A model generated the notes under the pieces. It searched no databases and was not told where the DNA came from. It saw nothing but the letters and a program-made list of their open reading frames with translations. From assembly GCA_040902005.1 (NCBI GenBank), contig JBBDYA010000114.1, positions 10,180 through 74,179 of the forward strand: DNA of 64,000 nucleotides, given 5' to 3'. The position numbers and the translations under genes are program-made. Of the stretch, positions 35,025 to 44,630 are shown piece after piece (position 1 is the first letter of the stretch; every line of letters starts with the position of its first letter). The stretch comes from Gemmatimonadaceae bacterium (lineage in GTDB: Bacteria > Gemmatimonadota > Gemmatimonadetes > Gemmatimonadales > Gemmatimonadaceae).

Positions 35025-35723
35025 TTACGCCCGTAAACGGATTGTCTGGCCGGTAATCGCCTGGGCGCCAGGCGAGCACAGGAAGGCGACGGCGGATGCC
35101 ACCTGAGCCCGCTCGATGTATCGGACATCCTGACCCATGGCGGCGACGTTTGCGGCGGTCCGGATCGATCCCGGAGCGAGGGCATTGGCGCGGACGCCGG
35201 TCTGGCGTTCCTCGTCGGCGACGGATCGCATCAGCGCGACCACGGCTGCCTTGGACGCCACATACCCGGAGATTCCTTTCGTGCCGGATCCCTCCAGTAC
35301 CGTGTCGGACGCGAAGTACACAATGGATCCGCTCGCCGAGCGCAGCATCGGGAGAAACGCGCGCGTGGTGAGGTAGGCTGTGGTCAGGTTGATCGCCAGC
35401 ATGCGCTCGAGGGCGGCGAGGAGGCTCGCGTCCATCGGCCCGGACTTGCCAAACCCCCCGGCGAGGTTGACCAGCGCATCGAGACGGTCGCCGTGTTCGT
35501 CGCGGACGCGCCTGGCCAGGGTGGCGACCTGGCTTTCGCTCGACAGGTCGCACGCGTACCCGTGCGCGCGATGGCCCAGTGCGGTGATCTCGGCTGCCCG
35601 ATCCATGGCGTTCTGTTCCGTTCGCGCCGCGAGGAGCACCACGTCTCCGCGTGCCGCCAGCGCGGACCCAACCGCTTCGCCCACCTGTCCCCTGGCGCCG
35701 ATACCTGTGATCAGTGAGAGCAT
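35025..35723 (-). CDS. Short-chain dehydrogenase/reductase (SDR)
   Basis: Start taken at ATG 35723 (MLSLITGIGARGQVGEA..). The catalytic YxxxK is YVASKAAV. NALAPGSI is present. The upstream 129 aa of the track ORF are repeat-derived and rejected. Confidence 0.85.
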   Translation of the reverse strand: MLSLITGIGARGQVGEAVGSALAARGDVVLLAARTEQNAMDRAAEITALGHRAHGYACDLSSESQVATLARRVRDEHGDRLDALVNLAGGFGKSGPMDASLLAALERMLAINLTTAYLTTRAFLPMLRSASGSIVYFASDTVLEGSGTKGISGYVASKAAVVALMRSVADEERQTGVRANALAPGSIRTAANVAAMGQDVRYIERAQVASAVAFLCSPGAQAITGQTIRLRA

Positions 35724-35754
35724 AGTCTTCTCAGAATTGGGTTCTTCACGGAAT

Positions 35755-35923
35755 TTCGGGGAATAGGGGAAGAGGGAAGGGGGAAGTGGGAAACCACAAC
35801 GGCGGGCAATGGGGACTGGAGCGGGAACGGTTTCAGTCACGGCGGTTCCCGCTCCCGGCCCCACTCCCACTTCCCGCCGTTGTGGTTTCCCACTTCCCCC
35901 TTCCCTCTTCCCTATTCCCCGAA
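35755..35923. repeat. 169-bp nested palindromic element with purine-rich (GGGAAG)n arms
   Basis: The outer arms are TTCGGGGAATAGGGGAAGAGGGAAGGGGGAAGTGGGAAACCACAACGGCGGG (35755-35806) and its reverse complement (35873-35923), with one 1-nt indel. The inner perfect 11-bp inverted repeat is GGAGCGGGAAC (35818-35828) / GTTCCCGCTCC (35845-35855). The element sits between the divergent SDR and cls genes. Confidence 0.9.
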
Positions 35924-35982
35924 ACTCCCGGATGAACCCAGTATTGATACTGGGTGGCACGCAATCGGCACAGCGCCCAGCC

Positions 35983-37284
35983 ATGATGTCCCGTCCGAAA
36001 CGCCTGCTGGCCACGCTCGGCGTGGTGATTGCCTCCGTCCTCTCACTGGCGGGTCTGCTTTCGTTTACGCGCGGCACGCCGTTTCGGCATATGGCGTATG
36101 CCCCGGGCACGACGGCGCCTCAGGTGAGCGACTCGGCTTTCATATCGCTCATGTCCCTCTTTTCCGGCGTTCACCTGGTGCCCGGCAACCGTGTCGAGCA
36201 ACTCCTGAACGGGGACGGCACCTATCCCCGGCTGTGGGAGGACCTGAGAAGCGCGCGCACCTCGGTCGCGGTGCAGATGTACTTCTCCAAGCCCGGCGCC
36301 GTTGCGGATACGATGGCCGCGGTGCTCTCCGAGCGCGCGCGCGCAGGGGTGCGCGTTCTGCTGCTGCTGGACGCGTTCGGGTCGCAGTCTCTGCAGAAGG
36401 ATTGGGCGGACGCGCTGACGGAGGCCGGGGTGGAGGTTCAACTGCTGCGCAAGCTGCGGTGGTATTCGGTGGACGATGCCACCGATCGCTCGCATGCACG
36501 CATCGTGGTCGTGGACGGTCGCATCGGGTACACAGGGGGGTTTGGCCTGGCGGATTACTGGTTGGGGGACGGGCGCACGAAGGAGCAGTGGCGCGAGACG
36601 AACGTGCGTTTCGAGGGTGCCGCCGTCATGGCGCTGCAGGCGGCGTTCGCGGCGGGCTGGGTGGAATCCACGGGCGAGCTTCTGGTGGACGAAATATTCT
36701 TTCCGCGTTCCACCTTTCGCGAACAGCCGGGCGCGATGACGGCCGGGCTCCTGTTCACGTCAACGACCACGGGAAGCACGGCGGCGGAGCGGTTCCTTGC
36801 CATGACCATCGCCGGCGCGCATCGCACGCTGTACCTGGCCAACGCCTACTTCGTGCCCGACGATGACTTTCGCGACCTGATCGTTGCGGCGTCGCGCCGT
36901 GGCACCGACGTCCGGCTCCTCGTGCCTGGCCCCAACACCGATGTGCCGATCACGTGGTACGCCGGCCGGGCGCGTTACGAGGCACTAATGCGTGGCGGCG
37001 TGCGGGTCTACGAGTACCAGCCGTCCATGATGCACGCCAAGACGTTCGTTGCCGACGGCATCTGGGGCACCGTTGGCTCGCTGAACTTCGACAACCGGTC
37101 CCTGGCGTTCAACAACGAGACGAACCTGGTGGTCTGGGATCGCGATTTTGGCGCGGTGCTGGACTCGACGTTCATGGAGGACCTTCGCTTCGCGCGCGAG
37201 ATTCTCTTGCCCGAGTTTCTCAGGCGTCCCTGGACAGAGCGACTCGTCGAACTGGGCGCCACCGCGTTGTCCCGGCTGCTCTAG
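35983..37284 (+). CDS. cls: Cardiolipin synthase (phospholipase D superfamily, two HKD motifs)
   Basis: MMSRPKRLLATLGVVIASVLSLAGLL is the TM anchor. HKD1 is HARIVVVDGRIGYTGGFGL and HKD2 is MHAKTFVADGIWGTVGSLNFDNRS. The start is uncertain (35932 or 35983). Confidence 0.85.
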   Translation: MMSRPKRLLATLGVVIASVLSLAGLLSFTRGTPFRHMAYAPGTTAPQVSDSAFISLMSLFSGVHLVPGNRVEQLLNGDGTYPRLWEDLRSARTSVAVQMYFSKPGAVADTMAAVLSERARAGVRVLLLLDAFGSQSLQKDWADALTEAGVEVQLLRKLRWYSVDDATDRSHARIVVVDGRIGYTGGFGLADYWLGDGRTKEQWRETNVRFEGAAVMALQAAFAAGWVESTGELLVDEIFFPRSTFREQPGAMTAGLLFTSTTTGSTAAERFLAMTIAGAHRTLYLANAYFVPDDDFRDLIVAASRRGTDVRLLVPGPNTDVPITWYAGRARYEALMRGGVRVYEYQPSMMHAKTFVADGIWGTVGSLNFDNRSLAFNNETNLVVWDRDFGAVLDSTFMEDLRFAREILLPEFLRRPWTERLVELGATALSRLL

Positions 37285-37344
37285 GAAGCTCTGAAAAACC
37301 GGGGGAGGGGCGAGGTGTTCCGGCCCCGGTTTTTCAGAGCTTCC
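37284..37344. terminator. Bidirectional hairpin between convergent genes
   Basis: The perfect 21-bp arms are GGAAGCTCTGAAAAACCGGGG (37284-37304) and CCCCGGTTTTTCAGAGCTTCC (37324-37344), with a 19-nt loop. A/T runs flank the stem on both strands. Confidence 0.7.
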
Positions 37345-37384
37345 CCGGGGGAAACGCTGACCGGGGGGGGCGGCGGAGTGGCGA

Positions 37385-37927
37385 TCAGCGAATGTCTTCG
37401 CGGCCGAGCGCGGCACGCACTGCTTCGCGCATGGCAATGATGGCGGAGTCGCGGGCCGCGGGGCTGTTTTCGCGCACGTGCAACTCGATGCCATCGGCGA
37501 CGTTGACGCGCCGCCACGCGAGCGAGGCGTCGTCGTCGTGTCGGGCGACAAGGTCGGCGCCGGCGCCCAGGGCCGGAGCCAGTGAGGTGGCGACGCGGCG
37601 CTCGAGGGCATCGCCCACGAAATCCCGCATTTCTCCCTTGATCGTGTCGAGCGTGGCGCCCTCGCGCTGGCGGATCTTGATCGCCAGAAGTTGAAGAAAG
37701 TGCCGGTAATTGTAGGTCGCCGCGGTGCCCGCTCCTTCGGGGCGGTCCAGCAGGCCACTGGCCACGTAGAACCGCACGGCACGGGCGCTTGGCGCGGCGC
37801 GCGCTGACGCGTTGGTTGGACGCATCCCCGCGGCGTCAACGAGCGCGGTGACATGGGCGGCGAGGCCGCGCGCGTTCCAGGGCGCGTGCTTCGAGTGCGC
37901 CCGCAGCAGGATGACGGGTGAGTCCAC
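37385..37927 (-). CDS. MerR-like HTH domain protein
   Basis: ARAVRFYVASGLLDRPEG....YNYRHFLQLLAIKIRQREGATLDTIK matches the MerR wing/helix pattern (vR.Y...GLl.p.......Y......L..I..lr..G.sL..Ik). The C-terminal half is unfamiliar. Confidence 0.55.
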   Translation of the reverse strand: MDSPVILLRAHSKHAPWNARGLAAHVTALVDAAGMRPTNASARAAPSARAVRFYVASGLLDRPEGAGTAATYNYRHFLQLLAIKIRQREGATLDTIKGEMRDFVGDALERRVATSLAPALGAGADLVARHDDDASLAWRRVNVADGIELHVRENSPAARDSAIIAMREAVRAALGREDIR

Positions 37928-38004
37928 GGGGAAGGGAAGTTAGAACAGAACGCGGACGAACGCCGACGTCGTGCGTTCATCCGCGCTCGAGCCTCGACTG
38001 CGGT

Positions 38005-38625
38005 TCAGCGCCTGCCCTTCTTGCCTCCCTTCTTGCCTGCGCCGCCCTTCTTTTTGCCGGCCTTCGTCGCCCCTTTCTTCGCGCCGGCCTTCTTGGCGCC
38101 CCCCTTCTTTTTCGGTGCCTGCTTCTTTTTCGGCGCCTTCTTCGCCTTCTTTGCCGGCTTGCCAGCCGCCTTCCGGGCGGGCTTCGCGGCCGCCTTCTTC
38201 GCGGGCTTCGCTGCCGCGCCGGTGGCCGACGCCTTCGGCGCGGACGCGGCCATCGGCCGGCTCGCGGACGCTCCGCCTGCGGCCGGAGTGCTGGCGGCGC
38301 TGCTCTTCACGCGCGACATCGGCGCCCGGCCAAAGACGTCCTCTTCCTCTTCCGCTTCGACGACGGGAGCGACCTCGCCTTCGGTCTCCTCCTCATCCAT
38401 GTCGTCGGTGCTGTCCCAGAGGTCGTCGGTGGCGCGGTTGGTCGTCCAGCCGCCCTCGTCCTCGTCGTCCTCGTCGTAGTTGCTCCGGCTGCCGCCGCCG
38501 CCGCCGCCGCCGCCGATGCCACCGCCGCCGTAGCCGACATCCTCCGGCTCGTCATCGCGATCCGCGAAACGATACTCGCCGTTCAATCCGTCACCCCGCG
38601 GCATGACCCCGCCCTCCTCTGTCAT
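38005..38625 (-). CDS. Low-complexity bipolar-charge protein: acidic/Gly-rich N-half and Lys/Ala-rich histone-H1-like C-half
   Basis: The N-half is ...DRDDEPEDVGYGGGGIGGGGGGGGSRSNYDEDDEDEGGW...DDMDEEETEGE.... The C-half is ...AAAKPAKKAAAKPARKAAGKPAKKAKKAPKKKQAPKKKGGAKKAGAKKGATKAGKKKGGAGKKGGKKGRR. The gene lies directly upstream of the MerR-like gene on the same strand. Confidence 0.55.
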   Translation of the reverse strand: MTEEGGVMPRGDGLNGEYRFADRDDEPEDVGYGGGGIGGGGGGGGSRSNYDEDDEDEGGWTTNRATDDLWDSTDDMDEEETEGEVAPVVEAEEEEDVFGRAPMSRVKSSAASTPAAGGASASRPMAASAPKASATGAAAKPAKKAAAKPARKAAGKPAKKAKKAPKKKQAPKKKGGAKKAGAKKGATKAGKKKGGAGKKGGKKGRR

Positions 38626-38792
38626 GAAGTATGACCTGCGAATGAGTCAACGTGTCGCGCGGCCCGTCCCGGCATCGCCCGGAGGCCGCGCGCTGCAGCC
38701 CGGTGCCGCACGATTGCGAATGCGACACACGCGTAGCAACACACCCTAGTAAGGGGTCCCGAGTCCAGAGTCAAGCGGATTCAGAACCGCGG

Positions 38793-41700
38793 TCAATCGC
38801 CCACCACTTCGGCTTCCGACCGGGCGGCGCCAAGGGGGTGGGGGTGGCCGACGACCGCGGCCTGGCGCGGCCGCGTGCGGGACGACATCCAGGCCGCGGC
38901 TTCGTCGAGCAGCGTGTAGACCACCGGCACCACGAAGAGGGTGAGGATGGTGGAGGTGATCAGCCCCCCGATCACCGCCCGCGCCATCGGGGCCCGGGTC
39001 TCCGCCCCGGCACCGATCGCGAGGGCCAGCGGCAGCATGCCGAAGATCATCGCCATGGTGGTCATCACGATGGGGCGCAGCCGGACCCGCCCGGACCTGA
39101 GCAGCGCCTCCTTCCTGGCCATGCCTGCCTCGCGCTGCCGGTTCGCGAAGTCCACCAGCAGAATGCCGTTCTTGGTCACCAGCCCCATGAGCATGATGAT
39201 GCCGATCATCGTCATCACGTTCAAATTGCCGTTCGTGAGCAGGAGCGCGAGCGCCACCCCGATGAAGCTCAGGGGGAGGGCGAGCATGATGGACAACGGC
39301 TGGAGGAACGATCCGAACAGCGACGCCAGGATCAGGTAGATGAAGATGACGGCGAGGATGAGCGCCTCGAGCACGTAGCCCTTGGTCTCCTCGAGGTTCT
39401 GCACGTCCCCAGTGAACACGGCGCTGTAGCCGGGCGGCAGCCCGATGCCGTCGATCGCCTTCTGCACGTCGTTGGCGACGTCACCCACGGAGAAGCCGGG
39501 GAGTACGCCGGCCGACACGGAGAACTGCTGCTCCAGCTGACGCCGCTCGATGCGCTGCGGGCCCACGCCGGCGCGCACCTCTGCCACCTGCGAGAGCTGT
39601 ACGCTCCGCGACCCGTCGGTGAGCAGCGCGATCTCGGAGACATCCGCCGCAGAGGTGCGCATCGAGTCGGGATAGACGATCACCACGTCGTGGGTGTACC
39701 CCTGCGGGTCCTCCCAGCGGGTGGCCCGCTGTCCCGTGAACAGCGGGGCCAGCGTGGAGGCCACCGTATTGATGCCCACACCGGCGCGCCACGCTTCCTG
39801 CCGGTCCACGCGGACGTCGAGCTGGGGGAGGTCACCGTCCTCGCTCGAGTTCGGCTCCGCCACACCGCGCACGTCGCGCACGGCCGCGAGCACGTGGTCC
39901 GCCGCGAGTTTGAGCCGGCTGGGCTCGGGCCCCTGCACGTTCACGATGATTGGCTGGCGGAAGCCACCGCCGAACACGGTGCGCTGGCCGGTAATGGATG
40001 GGCGCACGCCCGGAAGGTCGCGCAGCTTGCCGCGGAGCTCATTCTGGATTTCCTGAAGCGTGCGGTTCCGTTCGGAGCGCGGCTTGAGCCGCACGTTGAT
40101 GCGACCGTTGTTGGCCGTGCCGAACAGACCGCCCCCAACGGAGAGATAGGTGCGTTCGATCTCGGGCTGGGCGCGCAGGAATTCCGCGATTTCGCGTCCC
40201 TTGGCCATGGTGTACTCGGGGCGCGAGCCCGGGGGCACGCGGTACTGGAGATTGAATTCGTTGGTGTCCGCGTCGGGCATCCACGTGAAGCCGATGCGCG
40301 GCACCAGCATGAGCGCGATGATGATGGACACCGTGGCGCCGGTCACGACCAGCCATTTCCTGCGCAGCGCCGCGTCCAGCGCCCGGGGGTAGTGATCCGC
40401 CATGCGCTCGAACCACTGGTTAAACGCAAAGACGGCGCGCCTTACGGGATTGCGCGGCCGTTCGCCATGGCCGTGCGCTCCCTCGATTTCCGGATCGAGC
40501 CACACGCTGGACAGCATCGGGTCGAGCGTGAACGCCACGAAGAGGGACACCAGCACCGCGAACGCGACGGTGACGCCAAACTGGAAGAAGACTTTGCCGA
40601 TCATGCCGCCCATGAACGCCACGGGAATGAAGACCGCGACGACCGCGAACGTGGTGGCGATGACGGCCAACCCGATTTCGTCCGTGCCTTCGCTCGCCGC
40701 GCGGTGATGGTCCTTTCCCATCTCCATGTGCCGCACGATGTTCTCGCGCACGACGATGGCATCATCGATGAGCAGGCCGATCGCCAGCGACAGCGCCATC
40801 ATCGTCATGGTGTTCACGGTGAAGCCGAACACCCACATGATGAAGAACGACGAAATGATCGACACCGGCAGCGTCAGTCCGGTGATCACCGTGGAGCGCC
40901 AGGAGTTGAGGAACAGGTAGATGATCGCGATGGTCAGCATCGCGCCCAGGATGATGGTCAACTGCACATCGTGCAGCGATTCCTTGATGCGCTCGGCGTC
41001 TTCGCGGATGACCGTGAGCCGGATGTCCTGCGGGACCAGGCGCTCCAGCTGCGCGAGCACGTGGTGCACCGAATCGGTGACCTGCACGGTGTTGGAGCCG
41101 GAGACCTTGAGGATCTCGACCGACACGGCGGGCGTGCCCTGGATCTCGGCGCCGCCGCGCGCTTCCTCGGAGCCGTCCACGACGGTCGCGATGTCGCCGA
41201 CGCGGATGGGCACGCCGTTGCGCACGGTGACGGCGATGTCCGCGAACGCCCGCGGTTCGCGCACGCGCCCCGTGATGCGCACGAGTTGTTCGGTCTCGCC
41301 GCGCTGCACGCGCCCGGCCGGCACTTCCTGGTTCTCCCGCTGGAGCGCCGCGGACACCTGCGCCGGGCTGACACTGTATGCGCGCATGGCGCTCGGATCG
41401 AGCTGGATGCGGATCTGTCGCGCGTTGCCCCCCACGATGTTGACGCCGCCCACGCCGGGAATCGCCTCCAGGCGCGGCTGAATGATGTCGTCGGCCAGGT
41501 CGGTGAGCTCGCGCAACGAGCGCTCAGTGCTCTGAATCGCGACCGCCATGATCGGCGAGTCGTTGGGGTCGAAATGCCGGACGATCGGATCCTCGATGGT
41601 GGGCGGCAGTTGCCGACGGATGCGCGCGATCTTGGCCTGCACGTCCTGGAGCGCCGTGCCGATGTCCACGCCCAGATTGAACTGGAGACGAACGACCGAA

Positions 41701-41963
41701 TTCCCTTCCTGGGAGGTGGAGGTGATCTCCTTGATCCCCTGCACGGTGTTCAACGCTTCCTCCACCGGCTTGGAGATGTCGCGCATCATCGACTCGGGCG
41801 ACGCGCCGGGAAGCGACGTGCTGACGATGACCACCGGATATGTGATGTCCGGGTACTCGTCGATGGCGAGGCGCTGGTAGCTGATGAGGCCCAGCACCAT
41901 CAGGGCCACCATCATCATGGTGGCGAAGACGGGGCGCTTGATCGAGATGTCCGAGAGAAACAT
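38793..41963 (-). CDS. RND efflux transporter permease (AcrB/HAE-type)
   Basis: The 1056-aa protein begins MFLSDISIKRPVFATMMMVALMVLGLISYQRLAIDEYPDITYP and has the typical 12-TM AcrB organisation. Confidence 0.95.
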   Translation of the reverse strand: MFLSDISIKRPVFATMMMVALMVLGLISYQRLAIDEYPDITYPVVIVSTSLPGASPESMMRDISKPVEEALNTVQGIKEITSTSQEGNSVVRLQFNLGVDIGTALQDVQAKIARIRRQLPPTIEDPIVRHFDPNDSPIMAVAIQSTERSLRELTDLADDIIQPRLEAIPGVGGVNIVGGNARQIRIQLDPSAMRAYSVSPAQVSAALQRENQEVPAGRVQRGETEQLVRITGRVREPRAFADIAVTVRNGVPIRVGDIATVVDGSEEARGGAEIQGTPAVSVEILKVSGSNTVQVTDSVHHVLAQLERLVPQDIRLTVIREDAERIKESLHDVQLTIILGAMLTIAIIYLFLNSWRSTVITGLTLPVSIISSFFIMWVFGFTVNTMTMMALSLAIGLLIDDAIVVRENIVRHMEMGKDHHRAASEGTDEIGLAVIATTFAVVAVFIPVAFMGGMIGKVFFQFGVTVAFAVLVSLFVAFTLDPMLSSVWLDPEIEGAHGHGERPRNPVRRAVFAFNQWFERMADHYPRALDAALRRKWLVVTGATVSIIIALMLVPRIGFTWMPDADTNEFNLQYRVPPGSRPEYTMAKGREIAEFLRAQPEIERTYLSVGGGLFGTANNGRINVRLKPRSERNRTLQEIQNELRGKLRDLPGVRPSITGQRTVFGGGFRQPIIVNVQGPEPSRLKLAADHVLAAVRDVRGVAEPNSSEDGDLPQLDVRVDRQEAWRAGVGINTVASTLAPLFTGQRATRWEDPQGYTHDVVIVYPDSMRTSAADVSEIALLTDGSRSVQLSQVAEVRAGVGPQRIERRQLEQQFSVSAGVLPGFSVGDVANDVQKAIDGIGLPPGYSAVFTGDVQNLEETKGYVLEALILAVIFIYLILASLFGSFLQPLSIMLALPLSFIGVALALLLTNGNLNVMTMIGIIMLMGLVTKNGILLVDFANRQREAGMARKEALLRSGRVRLRPIVMTTMAMIFGMLPLALAIGAGAETRAPMARAVIGGLITSTILTLFVVPVVYTLLDEAAAWMSSRTRPRQAAVVGHPHPLGAARSEAEVVGD

Positions 41964-41991
41964 GCGCGTTTACCCTGGAGTTAACCGCGGG

Positions 41992-43191
41992 CTACTGCCG
42001 CCCGGTGACGGGAGTCTCCTCACCCGCGACGATGATTTGCATGCCGCGGCCGAGCGTGCCGACGTTCCCCACGACGATGCGGTCACCCTCCGCCAGGCCC
42101 TGCAGGACTTCCGCGATGCCTGAGCGGGCATCCACGATGCCCAGCTGCACGGGCGCGACGTCGAGCGTTCGACCCGTGATGCGATAGACGTACGCGCCGC
42201 CGTCACCCACGGCTTGGCGCACGGCGGCGGCCGGAACGAGCAGCGCATCCGATACGAGACGGCTGACGACCCGTCCCGACGCAAAGGTGCCTCCCCGCAG
42301 GGAGAGGTTCTCGTTCGGTACCTGGATGTAGACGGTGACGCTGCGCGTGCTGGGGTCGATGGTCGGACTGACGCGCGCCACCGTGCCGTCGAACACGCGC
42401 CCGTCGGCGGCGAAGTGTACCGTCTGCCCGACGCGCAATCCGCCGGCCTGGCGTGCCGGGACGGCGGCGGCCAGCTCGAGCACGTTGCTGCGCACGAGGG
42501 TGAACAGTTCGGCGCCCCTTGCCACGTGCTCGCCGCTCTCGATCGCCTTCCGCGAGATGATCCCGGTGGTGGGCGCGAGCACACGGGTGTCGCTCACGAG
42601 TGAACTCGTGGCGCGCACGCGCGCCTGCGCGGCCGCCAGGCGGGCCCTGGCCGTGGTCAGTCCCTGCTGGGCCATCTTGAAGTCGCGCTCGGCCACCGCG
42701 CCCGCGCGGAACAACTCGGTGGTCTGCTCGAGATTCCACTGCGCGGTGGCCGTCTCGGATTCGGCGGCGACGCGGTCGGCGCGGGCGCTGGCGAGATTGC
42801 TCTCCTGCTCCGAGGACTCGAATCGCGCGAGCACCTGGCCGGTGCGCACCCGCTCGCCTTCGCGAACGTAGACGCCGGTGAGGTCACCCTCCAGGCGTGC
42901 ACGGACGGTTACGCTCTCGATGGGGCGCAGGTCGCCGGTAATGGCGATGGCCTCTTCAATGGGCCCGCGGCGCACCGGGGAGATGTCCGATGCCGCGAGC
43001 GTGACGCTCGGCGCCGCGCGGCCCGATCCACCGGGCGAGTTGGCAGCCGGTCCGCCGGCCGATGGGGGAACTTGCGGCTGCGTCGCGGCGCGTACCTCCG
43101 CGCTCTGCGGCACGGAATCGTTTCCCGAGCACGCGACGGTGCTCAGCAGCAGCGCGGCCGCGAACGAGTTCAGCGTTCGAATCTTGTGCAC
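41992..43191 (-). CDS. RND efflux periplasmic adaptor (membrane fusion protein), lipoprotein
   Basis: The GTG start at 43191 overlaps the OMP stop (TAGTG). VHKIRTLNSFAAALLLSTVACSG carries a lipobox. Biotinyl-lipoyl-like and beta-barrel regions are present (GDLRPIESVTVRARLEGDLTGVYVREGERVRTGQVLARF). Confidence 0.85.
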   Translation of the reverse strand: MHKIRTLNSFAAALLLSTVACSGNDSVPQSAEVRAATQPQVPPSAGGPAANSPGGSGRAAPSVTLAASDISPVRRGPIEEAIAITGDLRPIESVTVRARLEGDLTGVYVREGERVRTGQVLARFESSEQESNLASARADRVAAESETATAQWNLEQTTELFRAGAVAERDFKMAQQGLTTARARLAAAQARVRATSSLVSDTRVLAPTTGIISRKAIESGEHVARGAELFTLVRSNVLELAAAVPARQAGGLRVGQTVHFAADGRVFDGTVARVSPTIDPSTRSVTVYIQVPNENLSLRGGTFASGRVVSRLVSDALLVPAAAVRQAVGDGGAYVYRITGRTLDVAPVQLGIVDARSGIAEVLQGLAEGDRIVVGNVGTLGRGMQIIVAGEETPVTGRQ

Positions 43192-44630
43192 TAGGTCCCG
43201 GTCCGGCGCGCGACGCGCGAGGTTACTGGCATGGGAATGGGCCGGCCGAGCGCACGCGCGAGCTCGGCGGTTGCGAGATACAGGTCGAACGTGGCGCGCG
43301 CCTGGCCACCTTCGGCGGTGAGGAGGGCGAGCTGGGCGTCGGACACCTCCAGCTGGGTGCTCAGGCCGCGCGAGAACCGCAGGGAGGCAAGGCGGAAGGC
43401 CTCCGTCGCCTCCGTGGAGTTCTGGCCGCGCGCGTCGAACACGGCCTTGGCGCGCCGCAGCTCGGCGTGCGCGCGCGCGACCTCCACCGCCACCTGCTCG
43501 CGCTCCAGGCGCAGCTCGAGTTCCGCGATGCGCGTGGCCGCGCGCGCGAGTTCCAGGGCGCTTCTGGCGCGCAACCCATCGAACACGGGCCACGAGAACT
43601 GCACGCCCAGGTTTCGATCCTCGAACCACCCGCCGTTTTGACAGATGCGACCGGGATCGGAACCCGCGGGACAGGAAGCGGCGTTCAACGCGCCGCGCTG
43701 GCCCGGGAAGCCGAAACCGACGGGTGGAAAGGCCTGAAAGCCGCTCTGGATGAAGGCGGTGACCGTGGGCAGAAACTCGGCGCGTGCGGCGGTAATGGCG
43801 AGACGCCGGCTGTTGGCCACGAGCTCGGCGGCCCGCAACGCGGCGCGGTCGGGCGGAGGAAGCGTAGTGCTGTCGATGTAGGCGGCGACGAACGCCTGCG
43901 CCGCCACGGGATCGATGGTCGTGGTGAGGGCGAGGGGCTGCTGGAGGGGAATGTTGAGCAGCCGCTTGATCTCGAGGTGCGTGATGTCGCGTTCGTTGCG
44001 CGCCTCGATCGTCAGCGGCTCGATGTTCGCCCGCTCCACCCGGGCGCGCAGCACGTCGTAGGTGGCGGCGCGTCCGGCCTGGTGGAACTGCTGCACCTGC
44101 GTGAGCCGCCCCGACGCGAGCTGGAGGTTCGATTCCTGGAGCTCGACGAACCGTTCGGCGAGGAGGGCGGCGAGGTAGGCCCGTTGCACCGCGATCGTGA
44201 ACAGCGCGCGCTGCTCTTCGGCGTCCAGCCGGCTGGCTTCGGCGAGGTTGCCGGCCGCGCGGGCCGTCGCGTACAACCGGCCGCCCTGGAACAGGCTCTG
44301 CGACAGATTGGCGTTCACCGTGTACGTGTTTGGCTGATTGAACACAGCGCTGACCGCGTTGCTTCGGGCGCTCTCGAACGTGCGGCTGTAGGAGCTGTTG
44401 AGGCGCAGCTGCGGCAGCATGGACGCGCGGGCAAAATCCACCTGGGCGCCTGCGATGTCGGCGCGCGCAACGCTGAGGTGGATCTCGTCAGCGACGCGCA
44501 GGCCCGTGGTCACCGCCTCCTGGAGGGAGAGGTGGATTGTGTCCGCGGGGACTTGAGGGCGCTGAGCGGCGGCGGAACCAGTCACGAGCTGCATCGCGCC
44601 GCAGAAGAGGGCGATCGTGCGGTGCATCAT
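43191..44630 (-). CDS. TolC-family outer-membrane efflux protein
   Basis: A signal peptide is followed by two OEP repeats (LSLQEAVTTGL..., coiled alpha-helical repeats). It is the first gene of the OMP-MFP-RND operon. Confidence 0.85.
   Translation of the reverse strand: MMHRTIALFCGAMQLVTGSAAAQRPQVPADTIHLSLQEAVTTGLRVADEIHLSVARADIAGAQVDFARASMLPQLRLNSSYSRTFESARSNAVSAVFNQPNTYTVNANLSQSLFQGGRLYATARAAGNLAEASRLDAEEQRALFTIAVQRAYLAALLAERFVELQESNLQLASGRLTQVQQFHQAGRAATYDVLRARVERANIEPLTIEARNERDITHLEIKRLLNIPLQQPLALTTTIDPVAAQAFVAAYIDSTTLPPPDRAALRAAELVANSRRLAITAARAEFLPTVTAFIQSGFQAFPPVGFGFPGQRGALNAASCPAGSDPGRICQNGGWFEDRNLGVQFSWPVFDGLRARSALELARAATRIAELELRLEREQVAVEVARAHAELRRAKAVFDARGQNSTEATEAFRLASLRFSRGLSTQLEVSDAQLALLTAEGGQARATFDLYLATAELARALGRPIPMPVTSRVARRTGT

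Noticed and set aside
35809-35982. N-terminal extension of the cls ORF, ORF 35880..36866 and the upstream part of ORF 35025..36110 (peptides such as CGFPLPPSLFP)
   Set aside because: These reading frames are generated by the palindromic (GGGAAG)n element. The same pseudo-peptide appears at the second copy (57374..57744), which shows it is repeat-derived and not coding.
38652-41984. 1110-aa ORF on the plus strand
   Set aside because: It is the antisense shadow of the clearly recognisable RND (AcrB-type) gene. Its translation is R/H/G/D-rich low complexity with no family resemblance. Such shadow ORFs are expected in very GC-rich DNA.
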